Shown: positions 38,578-48,196 of the stretch, piece after piece
Layout of the letters: the number at the start of each line of letters is the position of its first letter
Position numbering within the stretch: position 1 is the first letter of the stretch
Source: an uncultured Gammaproteobacteria bacterium
Lineage (GTDB): Bacteria > Patescibacteriota > Patescibacteriia > UBA9934
NCBI GenBank assembly: GCA_964401485.1
Contig: CAYNYL010000002.1
Coordinates: 36,452-100,451, forward strand
DNA: 64,000 nucleotides
Direction: 5' to 3'
Made by a program: the position numbers and the translations under genes
Notes under the pieces: generated by a model
Databases searched by the model: none
Told to the model about the DNA's origin: nothing
Seen by the model: the letters and a program-made list of their open reading frames with translations, nothing else

Positions 38578-38988
38578 ATGGACATGAAAACACAATTTGA
38601 TCAGTGGTTTGAGGCAAATAAGGAGAGCGAACCGACACGGCTCGTGATTAAACGTTATAGCGAGGTCTTTACGCGGATGACCCCGGTAATGCTTCTTGAA
38701 AAAGCGGTGACCGAAGGCATGTTTACCGTTGAACTGCTCGCTTCGACGATTGCCTGTGCGACTGTTGGACAGCCACCTTCCGAGTGGAATCAACACGGAA
38801 CAAACGCGGAACATGATGCGTTTCTCGCGGCGGTGTTTGTTCCCGAGACAATGAAGGATACGGGTGCAGGTACGATCGTTCGTTTAATTCTTGCGGAGTA
38901 CGATATGGAAACCCTCTTTGAGGTTACGCGCGCAGTTCTCGTTCTTGCGGGCCACAACGAGTTACGAGAGAGCAAGGACGTCGTCTAG
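38578..38988 (+). CDS. Hypothetical protein
   Basis: 136-aa ORF with host-like codon usage; no recognised motif. Confidence 0.6.
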   Translation: MDMKTQFDQWFEANKESEPTRLVIKRYSEVFTRMTPVMLLEKAVTEGMFTVELLASTIACATVGQPPSEWNQHGTNAEHDAFLAAVFVPETMKDTGAGTIVRLILAEYDMETLFEVTRAVLVLAGHNELRESKDVV

Positions 38989-39426
38989 CACTTCTTTTGC
39001 GTGGTCGGTTGGTTTTACTTTTTCGTAGACTTTAAGAATCGTTCCATCTTTCCCGATCAGGTACGAGATACGCAGGATCCCGAGGAATGTTTTTCCGTAC
39101 ATCGATTTATTTCCCATGGCCTCGTAAAGATCGAGGACGGTTGCGTCGGTGTCGGCAAGGAGATCGAACGGAAGCTGTTCATTCTCCGCGAACTTTTTGT
39201 GGCGCGCTGTCGAGTCTTTGCTGATCCCGAGAACCGTTGCGCCTGCCTTTTTAAGCTCCGCCCAGTAATCGCGAAATGCGCAGGCTTCTTTTGTACATCC
39301 CGGGGTCATGTCCTTCGGATAAAAATAGAGAAGCACGTACTGACCTTTGAGGTCCTCGAGCGACACGTCTTTGTCATCTTGGTTTTTCAGGGTGAAATTC
39401 GGGGCCTTTGTTCCTACTTGGAGCAT
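38962..39426 (-). CDS. bcp: Thioredoxin-dependent thiol peroxidase
   Basis: YFYPKDMTPGCTKEAC. Confidence 0.93.
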   Translation of the reverse strand: MLQVGTKAPNFTLKNQDDKDVSLEDLKGQYVLLYFYPKDMTPGCTKEACAFRDYWAELKKAGATVLGISKDSTARHKKFAENEQLPFDLLADTDATVLDLYEAMGNKSMYGKTFLGILRISYLIGKDGTILKVYEKVKPTDHAKEVLDDVLALS

Positions 39427-40304
39427 AGTTGGTAATAGTTGTTTTGTTTCTCGATCATCGTATCACGCTCGAGTCGATCGAGCATTGATTTAAGCCACTC
39501 CCTGTCCTTCGCTCGATTAAACGTCTCGTCGATTTCGGGACCGATTGTTTCGGTCTTTACCCTTCCCTTTTCGCGGACGAGTTTTAGAATCCGTCCTCGG
39601 TAAATTCGGTCTGGATGTTTTTTGCCGGTATGCTTTTTCTCGACGGCTTTTTTTATTGTACGCTTTGGGGTTGTTATGGTCCCGGATAAAAAGTCGTCCG
39701 ATGATTTACAGAACTCTTTTAATGGGCAAACTTCGCACAGTGGAGTTTTTAGGCAGGTCATTGTCGCAAGGTCGAAAAGTGCTTGTGGGATGTCGTGGAA
39801 GCGTTTTGATTTTAGAAGCTCCTCGCTCGCCGAGATTATTTGTTCGTCGTGCGAAAGATCAGGAAAATGAACCCCGAGATACACGCGACCGAGGACGCGA
39901 CGAATATTTGTATCGACCGGTAGGCGTTTCGTTTGGAGAGAGAAAACGGAAATCGCGGAGGCGGTGTAGGGGCCGATTCCTTTAAGCGCGACCCATTCCT
40001 CGTACGATTCGGGTACGCCCCGCTCAACGACTTGGCGAGCAATATCGCGAAGCGCAAGCGCACGGCGATTGTAGCCAAGACCCGCCCACGCCTCGATGAC
40101 TTGTGCATTCGTCGCTTTCGCGAGGCTTGCGAAATCTGGAAAAAGCGCGAGCCATTTTTCAAAATAGAGAATTCCGCGCGAAACCTGCGTTTGTTGGAGC
40201 ATGATTTCCGAAACAAGAATCGGATAGGGGTCGGTAACCTTCCGCCACGGTAAATCCCGTCCGTTTTTGTCGTACCATGTTAAAAGTTTGGTCGCGATTG
40301 ACAT
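39414..40304 (-). CDS. mutY: A/G-specific adenine glycosylase (short MutY)
   Basis: RDLPWR, SEIMLQQTQV, WAGLGY, LKGIGPYTA, VDTN, four-Cys FeS loop. Confidence 0.9.
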   Translation of the reverse strand: MSIATKLLTWYDKNGRDLPWRKVTDPYPILVSEIMLQQTQVSRGILYFEKWLALFPDFASLAKATNAQVIEAWAGLGYNRRALALRDIARQVVERGVPESYEEWVALKGIGPYTASAISVFSLQTKRLPVDTNIRRVLGRVYLGVHFPDLSHDEQIISASEELLKSKRFHDIPQALFDLATMTCLKTPLCEVCPLKEFCKSSDDFLSGTITTPKRTIKKAVEKKHTGKKHPDRIYRGRILKLVREKGRVKTETIGPEIDETFNRAKDREWLKSMLDRLERDTMIEKQNNYYQLCSK

Positions 40305-40376
40305 AGCGCTACTCTAGCAAATCCGTTCTAAAAAAACGAACGACGCCAGGGGTTAGCTGGCGTCGAGAGACGAAGA

Positions 40377-40604
40377 TCACGCGGCCGCCATCAAGTCGTG
40401 TCGAAACGACAGGACGACCTGTGCTTCGTTGAGGGCGAAGGCGTTGAGGCGCGCGACCTCGGCGAGAAGCGCCTGCGCGGTCGCTTCGTTGCTCGCGGAG
40501 AGACTCTTCGCCTCGAGGAGGATCTCGTGGATCCGTTCGAGGTGCGGGTGGCTGAGGTCTGCGGTCTCGCATTCCTCGATCAGGCGGGAGATGAGGTCGT
40601 CCAA
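40377..40604 (-). CDS. Orphan 75-aa helical protein
   Basis: Minus-strand TTGACT-17-TATTAT promoter, CAGGAG SD, TTG start (MDDLISRLIEEC...), downstream hairpin CGACGCCAG/CTGGCGTCG; C-ending codons. Confidence 0.65.
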   Translation of the reverse strand: MDDLISRLIEECETADLSHPHLERIHEILLEAKSLSASNEATAQALLAEVARLNAFALNEAQVVLSFRHDLMAAA

Positions 40605-40703
40605 GGAGGACTCCTGCGTGTGACCCGTTCGGAATTGAACGAATGTCAGCAAAATAATAGCAAATTTTCGAGAAAAAGTCAATGTGTTGTACACTGGGTG
40701 CGT

Positions 40704-41369
40704 ATGCTAACGAATGCACAAGAAAAACTGATTAAACGTCTCGCGACGAAGAAGGGTCGCGAAAAAGAAGGGCTGTGTCTTGTTGAGGGAGAAAATGCTC
40801 TCTCGCTCGCAAAAGATTTTTTAGAGTTTTCATTTACCCGCGCGGAGACGGAGCGGTTTGACCAACTCGTAACAACTGAAACGCCACAAGCGATTGCGGG
40901 CGTAGCACGGATTCCTAGCTTCTCTCTTGAAGAGGTCGACCTCGCGCGCGATATTCTTGTTCTAGATAACATTCAGGATCCGGGAAATGTCGGTGCCCTT
41001 TTCCGTCTTGGTCTTGCCTTTGGCGCGAGCCTCCTCCTTATCGAATCTGTCGATCCGACAAATCCGAAGGTGATCCGCTCCTCGACGGGTGCGGTTTTTG
41101 CCGTACCTCACGCGTTAATTAAGCGATCTGACGTTGAAGGACTTTTTGCGCAAATGGATCGACAAATCATTCGGGTTGAAAAACGTCAGGGTGCGAAAGA
41201 TGCGCGAGAGATGACGAGAGAGAAGAGCTTGATTGTTTTTGGTTCCGAAGGACGAGGAATCCAGCTTGAAACCGAAGGCGCGTCGTACTTTATCCCACAC
41301 GATGAAAAGCTTGAGTCTCTAAACGTCGCGACAGCGGCATCAATTATTCTTTGGGAACGATATCGATAA
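40704..41369 (+). CDS. TrmH/SpoU family RNA methyltransferase
   Basis: LDNIQDPGNVG, FGSEGRG, ESLNVATA. Confidence 0.92.
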   Translation: MLTNAQEKLIKRLATKKGREKEGLCLVEGENALSLAKDFLEFSFTRAETERFDQLVTTETPQAIAGVARIPSFSLEEVDLARDILVLDNIQDPGNVGALFRLGLAFGASLLLIESVDPTNPKVIRSSTGAVFAVPHALIKRSDVEGLFAQMDRQIIRVEKRQGAKDAREMTREKSLIVFGSEGRGIQLETEGASYFIPHDEKLESLNVATAASIILWERYR

Positions 41370-41370
41370 T

Positions 41371-42213
41371 ATGAAACCGACAAATTTACACACACGAATT
41401 TTTCTTGATAGTGCCGATCCGGCGGAGACAAAAATCGCCCTTGAGCGACTTGGATTTCTTGATGGACAGACAACGAACCCGGCACTTCTCGCGAAGCACC
41501 CGAAGTTTGCGGGCGGAGTAAAAATGACGCTTCCCGAAATCCAGACAATCTATAAGGAGGCGGTAACGGAGATTCGCGCGCTTCTTCCCGGCAAGTCGGT
41601 TTCCATGCAGGTATTTGATACGGGAGAGACGTCGGTTGAAGAACTCCTTGCTGAGGCACGGGAGAAGAATTCGTGGATCCCTGGCGCACACATTAAGTTT
41701 CCATTTACAAAAACCGCGCTTGAGGCGGCGAAACTCGCTTACGCCGAAGGGATCAACGTAAACATGACGCTTTGTTTTACGCTCGAGCAGGCGGGGCTTG
41801 CAGGGTGTGCCTTTCCCGATGCGAAGGACGACCGTGTCTACCTTTCGCCCTACATTGGTCGCCTTGAAGACAAGGGGCTCGACGGGATCGATAATGTGAT
41901 TAACGCGCTTCGATTGTATAAAGAAAATCAGATCGATATTAAGGTTCTCGCGGCGAGCGTTCGCACAATCGACGATTTACACGACGCGTTTTCCGCGAAG
42001 GCCGATATCGTAACAGCTCCTCTCGCCCTTCTACTCGAGTGGGCTGATGCTGGATTTACCGTAAACGATACGATTCCTCGGAAAAAGCTCGAGGATATCG
42101 CTTATACCCCATACTCAATTCCTGACGCGTGCCCGACTTTTTCGATCGACTCCCCGTTTACGACGGCCGGTTTAACAGGCTTTGTTAAGGCGATTAACGA
42201 GTTGGTTTTGTAA
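41371..42213 (+). CDS. Transaldolase family protein
   Basis: FLDSAD, TTNP, IKFP, NMTLCF, SPYIGR, AASVR. Confidence 0.9.
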   Translation: MKPTNLHTRIFLDSADPAETKIALERLGFLDGQTTNPALLAKHPKFAGGVKMTLPEIQTIYKEAVTEIRALLPGKSVSMQVFDTGETSVEELLAEAREKNSWIPGAHIKFPFTKTALEAAKLAYAEGINVNMTLCFTLEQAGLAGCAFPDAKDDRVYLSPYIGRLEDKGLDGIDNVINALRLYKENQIDIKVLAASVRTIDDLHDAFSAKADIVTAPLALLLEWADAGFTVNDTIPRKKLEDIAYTPYSIPDACPTFSIDSPFTTAGLTGFVKAINELVL

Positions 42214-42622
42214 TTTTACGCTCGCACGATTTGCAGACTCCCCGAAATTCAAGCTGGTGTGCGAGGATCGTGCCAAATAGCGAGGACTGCTCGCGTGCTT
42301 CCTCAACGAGAGTTGTTTGATCACACAAAAAAAGCTCTTCGATTTTATGACAGCGGATGCAGGTAATATGGTGGTGGTGTTTGTTTCCCGCGCGTTCGTA
42401 GTAGGTTGTTCCGGCGGTGATTGATACTTCGTTAATGAGTTCGTGTTCGACGAGCCGTTTGATGATGCGAAAAACGCTTACGCGGTTAATGTGCGGCAGC
42501 GCTTTTTGGACTGTTAACGCATCAATCGGACGCCGCGCGTCCTCGAAGAATTGAAGAATCTCTATTGAGGTTTGCGTGGCTCGTAGTCGAGACATGCGTA
42601 GATGCATTTGTGCTGTTTCCAT
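42194..42622 (-). CDS. Fur-family regulator (probably Zur)
   Basis: SVFRII helix, HHHHITCIRC, C-terminal CKSC; divergent from a ZIP transporter. Confidence 0.88.
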   Translation of the reverse strand: METAQMHLRMSRLRATQTSIEILQFFEDARRPIDALTVQKALPHINRVSVFRIIKRLVEHELINEVSITAGTTYYERAGNKHHHHITCIRCHKIEELFLCDQTTLVEEAREQSSLFGTILAHQLEFRGVCKSCERKITKPTR

Positions 42623-42650
42623 AGGTGTGTGATTTGACACTTATCACAGA

Positions 42651-42740
42651 TGTTACTATGTTACAATAAGAAAAGATATGATTTGCGAAAAGCCCTTTAA
42701 AAACTAACTTTCCAATAATTGTTATTGCAACATAGTAACA
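42651..42740. promoter_or_regulatory. Pair of inverted 19-bp operator-like boxes
   Basis: TGTTACTATGTTACAATAA (42651-42669) and TTATTGCAACATAGTAACA (42722-42740) are reverse complements with one mismatch. Confidence 0.7.
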
Positions 42741-42762
42741 GTTACAAAAACACACAAGAACT

Positions 42763-43515
42763 ATGACCACCCTCTCCGTGATCCTTGGTGCCCTAATCGT
42801 GATGCTCGCCTCTTTCTCGGGTGCGATCTTTCTTACAAAGAACGCTGGATCGGCGCTTCAACGCCACATGCCCTACTTTGTCGCCTTTTCCGCCGGGCTC
42901 TTTAGTATCGTAGTCTACCACCTCTTCGTTGAATCATTCGAACTTCTCCCGATCAATCAAGCGGTTGGATATATTTCCGCTGGGTTTCTCGGATTCCTCG
43001 CCTTTGCATTCTTTGTCCCAGAAGGAGACCACCACCCCGATCCAGATTGCGATCACGTCCATCCTTCGAAGATGGCGTGGCGAGTCGTCTTCGGTGATGC
43101 GCTCCACAACATCGGTGACGGAATCGTTCTTCTCCCTGCCTTTATCGCCGATATTCGACTTGGACTCGGCGCTGCGGTTGGAATTTTCCTCCACGAGTTT
43201 ATCCAAGAGCTTTCGGAATACATCATTATGCGCGAGGCGGGATGGAGCGTGAAAAAAACGCTCATCACAAATTTCCTTGTAAGCTCAACAATTTTTATCG
43301 GAATCGGATTAAGCGCTTTCCTTGTCCAAAGCGAACAGTTCCTCGGACCAATATTCGCGCTTTCGGCGGGAGCCTTCTTCTTCATCGTCGTCTACGACCT
43401 CTTCCCTCGCCTCTTCTTTACCGTAAAGCATCATCGCTCCGGCTACGCCTTCCTTTGGTTTATCGCCGGTATGGCGACGCTTCTCGCGATTAGTACAATT
43501 CTTCCTCATGAATAA
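42763..43515 (+). CDS. ZIP family metal transporter
   Basis: His-rich loop, GDALHNIGDG, LHEFIQE. Confidence 0.92.
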   Translation: MTTLSVILGALIVMLASFSGAIFLTKNAGSALQRHMPYFVAFSAGLFSIVVYHLFVESFELLPINQAVGYISAGFLGFLAFAFFVPEGDHHPDPDCDHVHPSKMAWRVVFGDALHNIGDGIVLLPAFIADIRLGLGAAVGIFLHEFIQELSEYIIMREAGWSVKKTLITNFLVSSTIFIGIGLSAFLVQSEQFLGPIFALSAGAFFFIVVYDLFPRLFFTVKHHRSGYAFLWFIAGMATLLAISTILPHE

Positions 43516-43542
43516 ACAAAAGAAAGGCCGAGGCCCTTCTTT

Positions 43543-44061
43543 TTATTTTGCCCGCTCGATTCCCTCCACGATAAGGGACTTTGCTTTTTCCGACCCTTCC
43601 GTCCCCTGAACTTTTACCCATTTTCCCTTCTCGAGATCCTTGTATCGCTCGAAGAAGTGCGTCATTCGGTCAAGGAGGTGTTTTGGAAGATCCGTAACCT
43701 CTTTAACATGATCGTACATTGGTGAAAGTTTGCTTGTTGGAACGGCGATAATCTTTTCGTCCATTCCGCCCTCGTCTTCCATTAAGATGACTCCAACCGG
43801 TCGCGCGTTAATGACAACGCCAACCGGAAGTTTCTCTGGAGCAATTACGAGAACATCAACCGGATCACCGTCATTTCCGAGTGTGTTTGGAATATACCCG
43901 TAGTTTGCCGGATAATTCATCGGGGTGTGGACAAATCGGTCAACAAAGATCGTTCCGCCCTCTCCTACCTCGAATTTAACATTCGATCCCTCCGGAATCT
44001 CAATATGAACAAAGATATCTTCTGGCGGGTTTTTCCCAGCCGGTACATGTGTAATTCCCAT
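43543..44061 (-). CDS. ppa: Inorganic pyrophosphatase (family I)
   Basis: YPANYG, DGDPVDV, FFERYKDLE. Confidence 0.96.
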   Translation of the reverse strand: MGITHVPAGKNPPEDIFVHIEIPEGSNVKFEVGEGGTIFVDRFVHTPMNYPANYGYIPNTLGNDGDPVDVLVIAPEKLPVGVVINARPVGVILMEDEGGMDEKIIAVPTSKLSPMYDHVKEVTDLPKHLLDRMTHFFERYKDLEKGKWVKVQGTEGSEKAKSLIVEGIERAK

Positions 44062-44192
44062 ATGGAGATAGGCTATCACAACCTCTTTACATTGACAAAA
44101 TAGGGGTTTTATGCTATAGTGTATTTGCTACTCTTGTTCGACATAATAAGGGTTAGTATTAATTCGTAATCGACTGGATACTGTCCCATATT

Positions 44193-44450
44193 ATGGAAAA
44201 CAGACTATTCATCGGAAATCTTCCTTGGTCAATCGACGACGCAGGTTTGCGAGACCTTTTCGCTCCATTTGGAGACGTTAAGGACGCACACGTTGCTGTC
44301 GACAAGTTCACCAAGCGCAGCCGTGGATTCGGATTCGTAGAATTCGGAACCGCTGACGAAGCGAACGCAGCTATCGATGCCATGAACGGCAAAGAGGTTG
44401 ATGGACGCCCAATCACGGTAAACATCGCTCGCGCAAAGGAAGCCCGATAA
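44193..44450 (+). CDS. RRM RNA-binding protein
   Basis: LFIGNL (RNP2), RGFGFVEF (RNP1); upstream TTGACA-17-TATAGT; downstream terminator hairpin. Confidence 0.95.
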   Translation: MENRLFIGNLPWSIDDAGLRDLFAPFGDVKDAHVAVDKFTKRSRGFGFVEFGTADEANAAIDAMNGKEVDGRPITVNIARAKEAR

Positions 44451-44506
44451 CAAAACACCGCTCGAAGGATTCGTCCAACGAGCGGTTTTTGTTTTGTCCG
44501 AATGGA

Positions 44507-44872
44507 CTAGACGATTGTTGCAAGGAGCATTGCGAGCGCGGAAGCGAGCGCGATGTTCTTTTGGAAATTGACCATGTCCCCCATCTTGCTTTGCGCATCC
44601 TTCGCTTTCCAGAAAGGGTGAATTGTGACTGCGGCAAGGAAAAGGAAGCCGATAAGAATCACGTAGGATTCCTCGAGCATGAATTGTGTAAGGATTCCGA
44701 GTCCACCAGCAATCAAGAGAACACCCGACCCAAGAACCATGGACTTTGCCATCGGAATGCCTTTTGACGCGGCATATCCCGTCATCATTGTAACGTTAAC
44801 AAAGTGCATAAGACCCGCTAGGATAAAGTATCCTCCAAGAATAATCTGTCCAATCAAATAGATAGTATCCAT
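44507..44872 (-). CDS. DoxX family membrane protein
   Basis: GGYFILAGLMHF, HPFW, FQKNIAL. Confidence 0.85.
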   Translation of the reverse strand: MDTIYLIGQIILGGYFILAGLMHFVNVTMMTGYAASKGIPMAKSMVLGSGVLLIAGGLGILTQFMLEESYVILIGFLFLAAVTIHPFWKAKDAQSKMGDMVNFQKNIALASALAMLLATIV

Positions 44873-44929
44873 ATTGACAATTAGTGAATTTGAACTTATT
44901 ATAGCAAGTCATCTTGCTTGGAGGAAGTG

Positions 44930-45526
44930 ATGGCAAAAACGGCCTTAATAAACTTACTGAGGGCTCAGGTTCGAGCCTTCGGTCCCGCCCCTGCCGTTCT
45001 CGACCGGTTCAGCGATGATCTCGTTGGCACGCTTCACCGATTTCATTCTCTGCGTCCGAAGATGGAGGAACGACTCGGCATCTTGTACGAAGGGATCGAT
45101 GATCGCGAGATTGTCTCCTTCGATCGCGAGATCAAGAAGCGGGTGCACGGGCTCTACGAGCTCACGAAGCGGAGCAAAGTGAAGGGTATGGAGCTTCTCA
45201 AGGCGCGTATCAACCTCGAGGCGCTTCTGCGGTTTCATCGTGACCTCGGGGGCGACTTCCAGATCGACGATGCGTACTTGACCGAGGTCTTCGCGAAGTG
45301 TGGAGATCGTGTCGTGCTCGACGATGAGTACGAATACCTTGTGACTCGCGTCTACGCGTCCGATTACGACTGGTTTATCGTTCTTTGGGACGACAAGATC
45401 TGGGCCGATCGGGTACCGAGTGCGCTCCTCGCTCCCTTCCGCATCACCTACGAAGAGTGGAGGAAGAATCGCGAAGACAGCGACGATCGGGATTTCGATG
45501 TATACTTCGAGTACGTGGAGGAATGA
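44930..45526 (+). CDS. Orphan hypothetical protein
   Basis: TTGACA(44874)-17-TATTAT promoter, GGAGG SD, atypical codon usage. Confidence 0.75.
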   Translation: MAKTALINLLRAQVRAFGPAPAVLDRFSDDLVGTLHRFHSLRPKMEERLGILYEGIDDREIVSFDREIKKRVHGLYELTKRSKVKGMELLKARINLEALLRFHRDLGGDFQIDDAYLTEVFAKCGDRVVLDDEYEYLVTRVYASDYDWFIVLWDDKIWADRVPSALLAPFRITYEEWRKNREDSDDRDFDVYFEYVEE

Positions 45527-46005
45527 TGCACGAGAAGTTGGCCGGTACGTTTATTCGGCTCGCCCGTTCGCTAGAACTCGCGAGAGGAAAAGACCTCGTG
45601 GTTCCTGGGACTCTGATTCCTGCGCTTGAGGTGATGCGCTCGAGGGGAGTCATGTTCCATTTCATCGCCGAACTCCATGCTCTTCTCGAGTCGAGTGCGA
45701 ACCCGCACGTCGTCCCGTTCGACATCTTTCTCGCGTCTCGTGATGAGGTGTACGCGAGGACAACCGTGGTGCTTCAATGCCTTACGATAGCACATCTAGA
45801 GGCGATCCATTTTGCCTATCGCTATCTAGCACGCGAGTTGCGAGCGAGCGATGCCGGGGCCCCTGGATGCCGAGCGAAGCGTGCGGTGTCGTTCGACTAT
45901 TCGGCGGTCGAGCAGTTCTATCTGCGGGCCCGAGAACTGCATGGACTGCAAGGTACTTTCCGGGGCGAGCGGCAACCCGAAGACGGTTTCCTCCGATTCG
46001 ACTAG
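45526..46005 (+). CDS. Orphan hypothetical protein, translationally coupled to upstream ORF
   Basis: GGAGGaATGATG overlaps the upstream TGA; followed by hairpin GACCCCGC...GCGGGGTC (about 46023-46050). Confidence 0.7.
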   Translation: MHEKLAGTFIRLARSLELARGKDLVVPGTLIPALEVMRSRGVMFHFIAELHALLESSANPHVVPFDIFLASRDEVYARTTVVLQCLTIAHLEAIHFAYRYLARELRASDAGAPGCRAKRAVSFDYSAVEQFYLRARELHGLQGTFRGERQPEDGFLRFD

Positions 46006-46102
46006 AGAAGGCAACCGTTCGTGACCCCGCTGGCTTCGGCTGGCGGGGTCTTGATCATTTATCGAAATTCATTTACACTATTTCCAGCTCGAAAGAGCCT
46101 AT

Positions 46103-46177
46103 TCGGGGGTAGCTCAGCGGCAGAGCAGTTGGCTGTTAACCAATTGGTCGTGGGTTCGATCCCCACCCCCCGAGCCA
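46103..46177 (+). tRNA. tRNA-Asn (GTT)
   Basis: Acceptor TCGGGGG/CCCCCGA, TAGCTCAG D-arm, anticodon loop CT-GTT-AA, GGTTCGAT T-loop, encoded CCA. Confidence 0.97.
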
Positions 46178-46271
46178 CAGAAATCTCTCACAAAAAGTGA
46201 GGGATTTTTGTATTTTTAAGTCCCCTACCATTTAACTTCTCGAACTGGTAAACTGTCTTCAAATAAAGCAT

Positions 46272-47315
46272 ATGCGAAGAGAAGGTGGCCCAGAGCATAA
46301 TCCAACCAGCGAGGACCGAGAAAAACGCAGTAAGCTTCTTTTGCGTCTCATGACTCTCTCTAGAAATATTGAGGCACTTCACGGTCAAACAGTAGAAGAG
46401 GCTTTTGACGCCGATCATCCAGAGTTACGTCGAGAGCTTCTTAGTACACTTACAGCCGACGAGTATTTTGAGTTTATCGAAGGTATTAATGGCATACTTC
46501 GTGATAAGGAAAAAGAAGATTGGGATATGGACGGCGTTGGTGTTACGGCCGCTGGACAAGAAGTGATTGGAAAGCACATATTCCCGCACCATGAAGACAA
46601 GCGAGACATCCTTGTTAAAACTTGGGTCGCAGCTCATCAGATGAACGAAGATGGTAGAGATCTAGAAGATATCGGCATGTTGCTTGGGTCGATGCTGGTC
46701 GAGACACATCCATTCAATGACGGAAATGGGCGTACAAGTCGCCTGGTTTATTTGATGACCAAAGAGGGCTTCTCAAAGGAAAAGATTATGGCTGTTTTGG
46801 GAGAGGATGGAAGAGATGAGTTCGATATGGCTCTTCCTAAAATCTATATCGACAAACTTTTTGATCGCGAACAAGCAGATCGTAATACTCTTGGCATCAA
46901 CGGCATTCGGCCTGACGAAGAGTTACCGTACGGTCAACTCAAGTTTCCAGCTGAGGTAGACGAAGAAGTACGTGCGGATATAGTAGAAGCTGGTCGACAT
47001 GATATGCGGATTTTTACTGCTGCAATCAAGGGATATCTTTCCGAACATCCCGACATATCAGTGGAAAACATCATGAAGATGTATGGAGAGAGAAAGTTTT
47101 TACTCGTTCAAAAGCTTCTCGAAGTGCTATCCGCAGAACAGGTTTCGGAACTGGCTGCGGCCTATTGGCAGAAAAAGAAGGAATACACGGAAGGCATGAT
47201 CGATATCTTTGCCCATTCAGATAAGCCTGAATATAAGATCGAACGTGATGGTCAGGAGATGAGAATGATCGACTATTTTAAGCAGCGATTGGCTGAGGGC
47301 GCGATGCTGCTTTAG
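46272..47315 (+). CDS. Fic-domain protein
   Basis: Canonical HPFNDGNGRTSR motif. Confidence 0.88.
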   Translation: MRREGGPEHNPTSEDREKRSKLLLRLMTLSRNIEALHGQTVEEAFDADHPELRRELLSTLTADEYFEFIEGINGILRDKEKEDWDMDGVGVTAAGQEVIGKHIFPHHEDKRDILVKTWVAAHQMNEDGRDLEDIGMLLGSMLVETHPFNDGNGRTSRLVYLMTKEGFSKEKIMAVLGEDGRDEFDMALPKIYIDKLFDREQADRNTLGINGIRPDEELPYGQLKFPAEVDEEVRADIVEAGRHDMRIFTAAIKGYLSEHPDISVENIMKMYGERKFLLVQKLLEVLSAEQVSELAAAYWQKKKEYTEGMIDIFAHSDKPEYKIERDGQEMRMIDYFKQRLAEGAMLL

Positions 47316-47455
47316 GACCAAGATTTTCTAAGGCCCTCATACTCATAAGTGCTATCGGATAAATCGCCCTCAGTTCGGTAAACAGGTAATCTGTGGAGCC
47401 AGAAAATCCATCACTTTGCGTGGTGGTTTTTCTTTCTCGTGCTAGACTGGGGAAT

Positions 47456-48193
47456 ATGCGGATGATTCTTCCTTCTCTATTAGTTGCCATCCTTGGGTTT
47501 ATTTTATTTCATGCTATTCGTACGACCCACCTTATTCGCGTTGGCACGCGACTTTCGGATCGCACTGCTCCCTATTCACGCTCTCTCCCGGGAGCTTCCA
47601 TGAACATACTTGTTGTTGGAGATAGTACGGGCGCGGGAGTTGGCGCGAGTGCCCCGGAGTTTTCGCTTGCTGGTCTTACGGCGCAACGGTACGGGGATGC
47701 ACAAATCGTGAATCGCTCCGTGAGCGGTGCTCGGGTTGAGGACGCTCTTAAACAGCTATTAGAAATCGGTGAATCAGAGTTTGATTTAGTGATGATCCAT
47801 ATAGGTGGCAATGATGCAATTCGTTTCACAGACAATCGAGAATTTGCAAAAGATTTTTCTACACTTTTGGCGCTCGCCCAAGAAAAAGGGCGTTATGTAC
47901 TCGTAACCTCCACTGGGAATATTGGGACTGTTCCCCTGTTCCCTTTTGGGACCCGCTGGATTTTTGCTCGACGAGGAAACAAAATTCGAGAAATAATGAA
48001 AGCCGAGATTGCGCGCCCTGATTCCTCGCGGGTGCGCTATACGGATCTCTGGCGCAAGCGTGCCCTAGACCCTTTTGCCCTCGAGCCCTCGAAGCATTAT
48101 GCGAAGGACATGTTCCACCCTAGCGACGCCGGGTATGCGGATTGGTTCTCGCTAATGGAGAAAGAGTTGAATGCATTTACACAACTAAAGTGA
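47456..48193 (+). CDS. SGNH/GDSL hydrolase
   Basis: GDSTG, SGA, GGND, DMFHP; N-terminal TM. Confidence 0.9.
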   Translation: MRMILPSLLVAILGFILFHAIRTTHLIRVGTRLSDRTAPYSRSLPGASMNILVVGDSTGAGVGASAPEFSLAGLTAQRYGDAQIVNRSVSGARVEDALKQLLEIGESEFDLVMIHIGGNDAIRFTDNREFAKDFSTLLALAQEKGRYVLVTSTGNIGTVPLFPFGTRWIFARRGNKIREIMKAEIARPDSSRVRYTDLWRKRALDPFALEPSKHYAKDMFHPSDAGYADWFSLMEKELNAFTQLK

Positions 48194-48196
48194 CTT

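Noticed and set aside
40398-40703. N-terminal extension of the TrmH ORF
   Set aside because: It is the antisense shadow of the minus-strand orphan; ATG 40704 has its own -10 box.
46103-47400. Integrated island or prophage at tRNA-Asn
   Set aside because: No integrase and no duplicated tRNA 3' end seen within the window.
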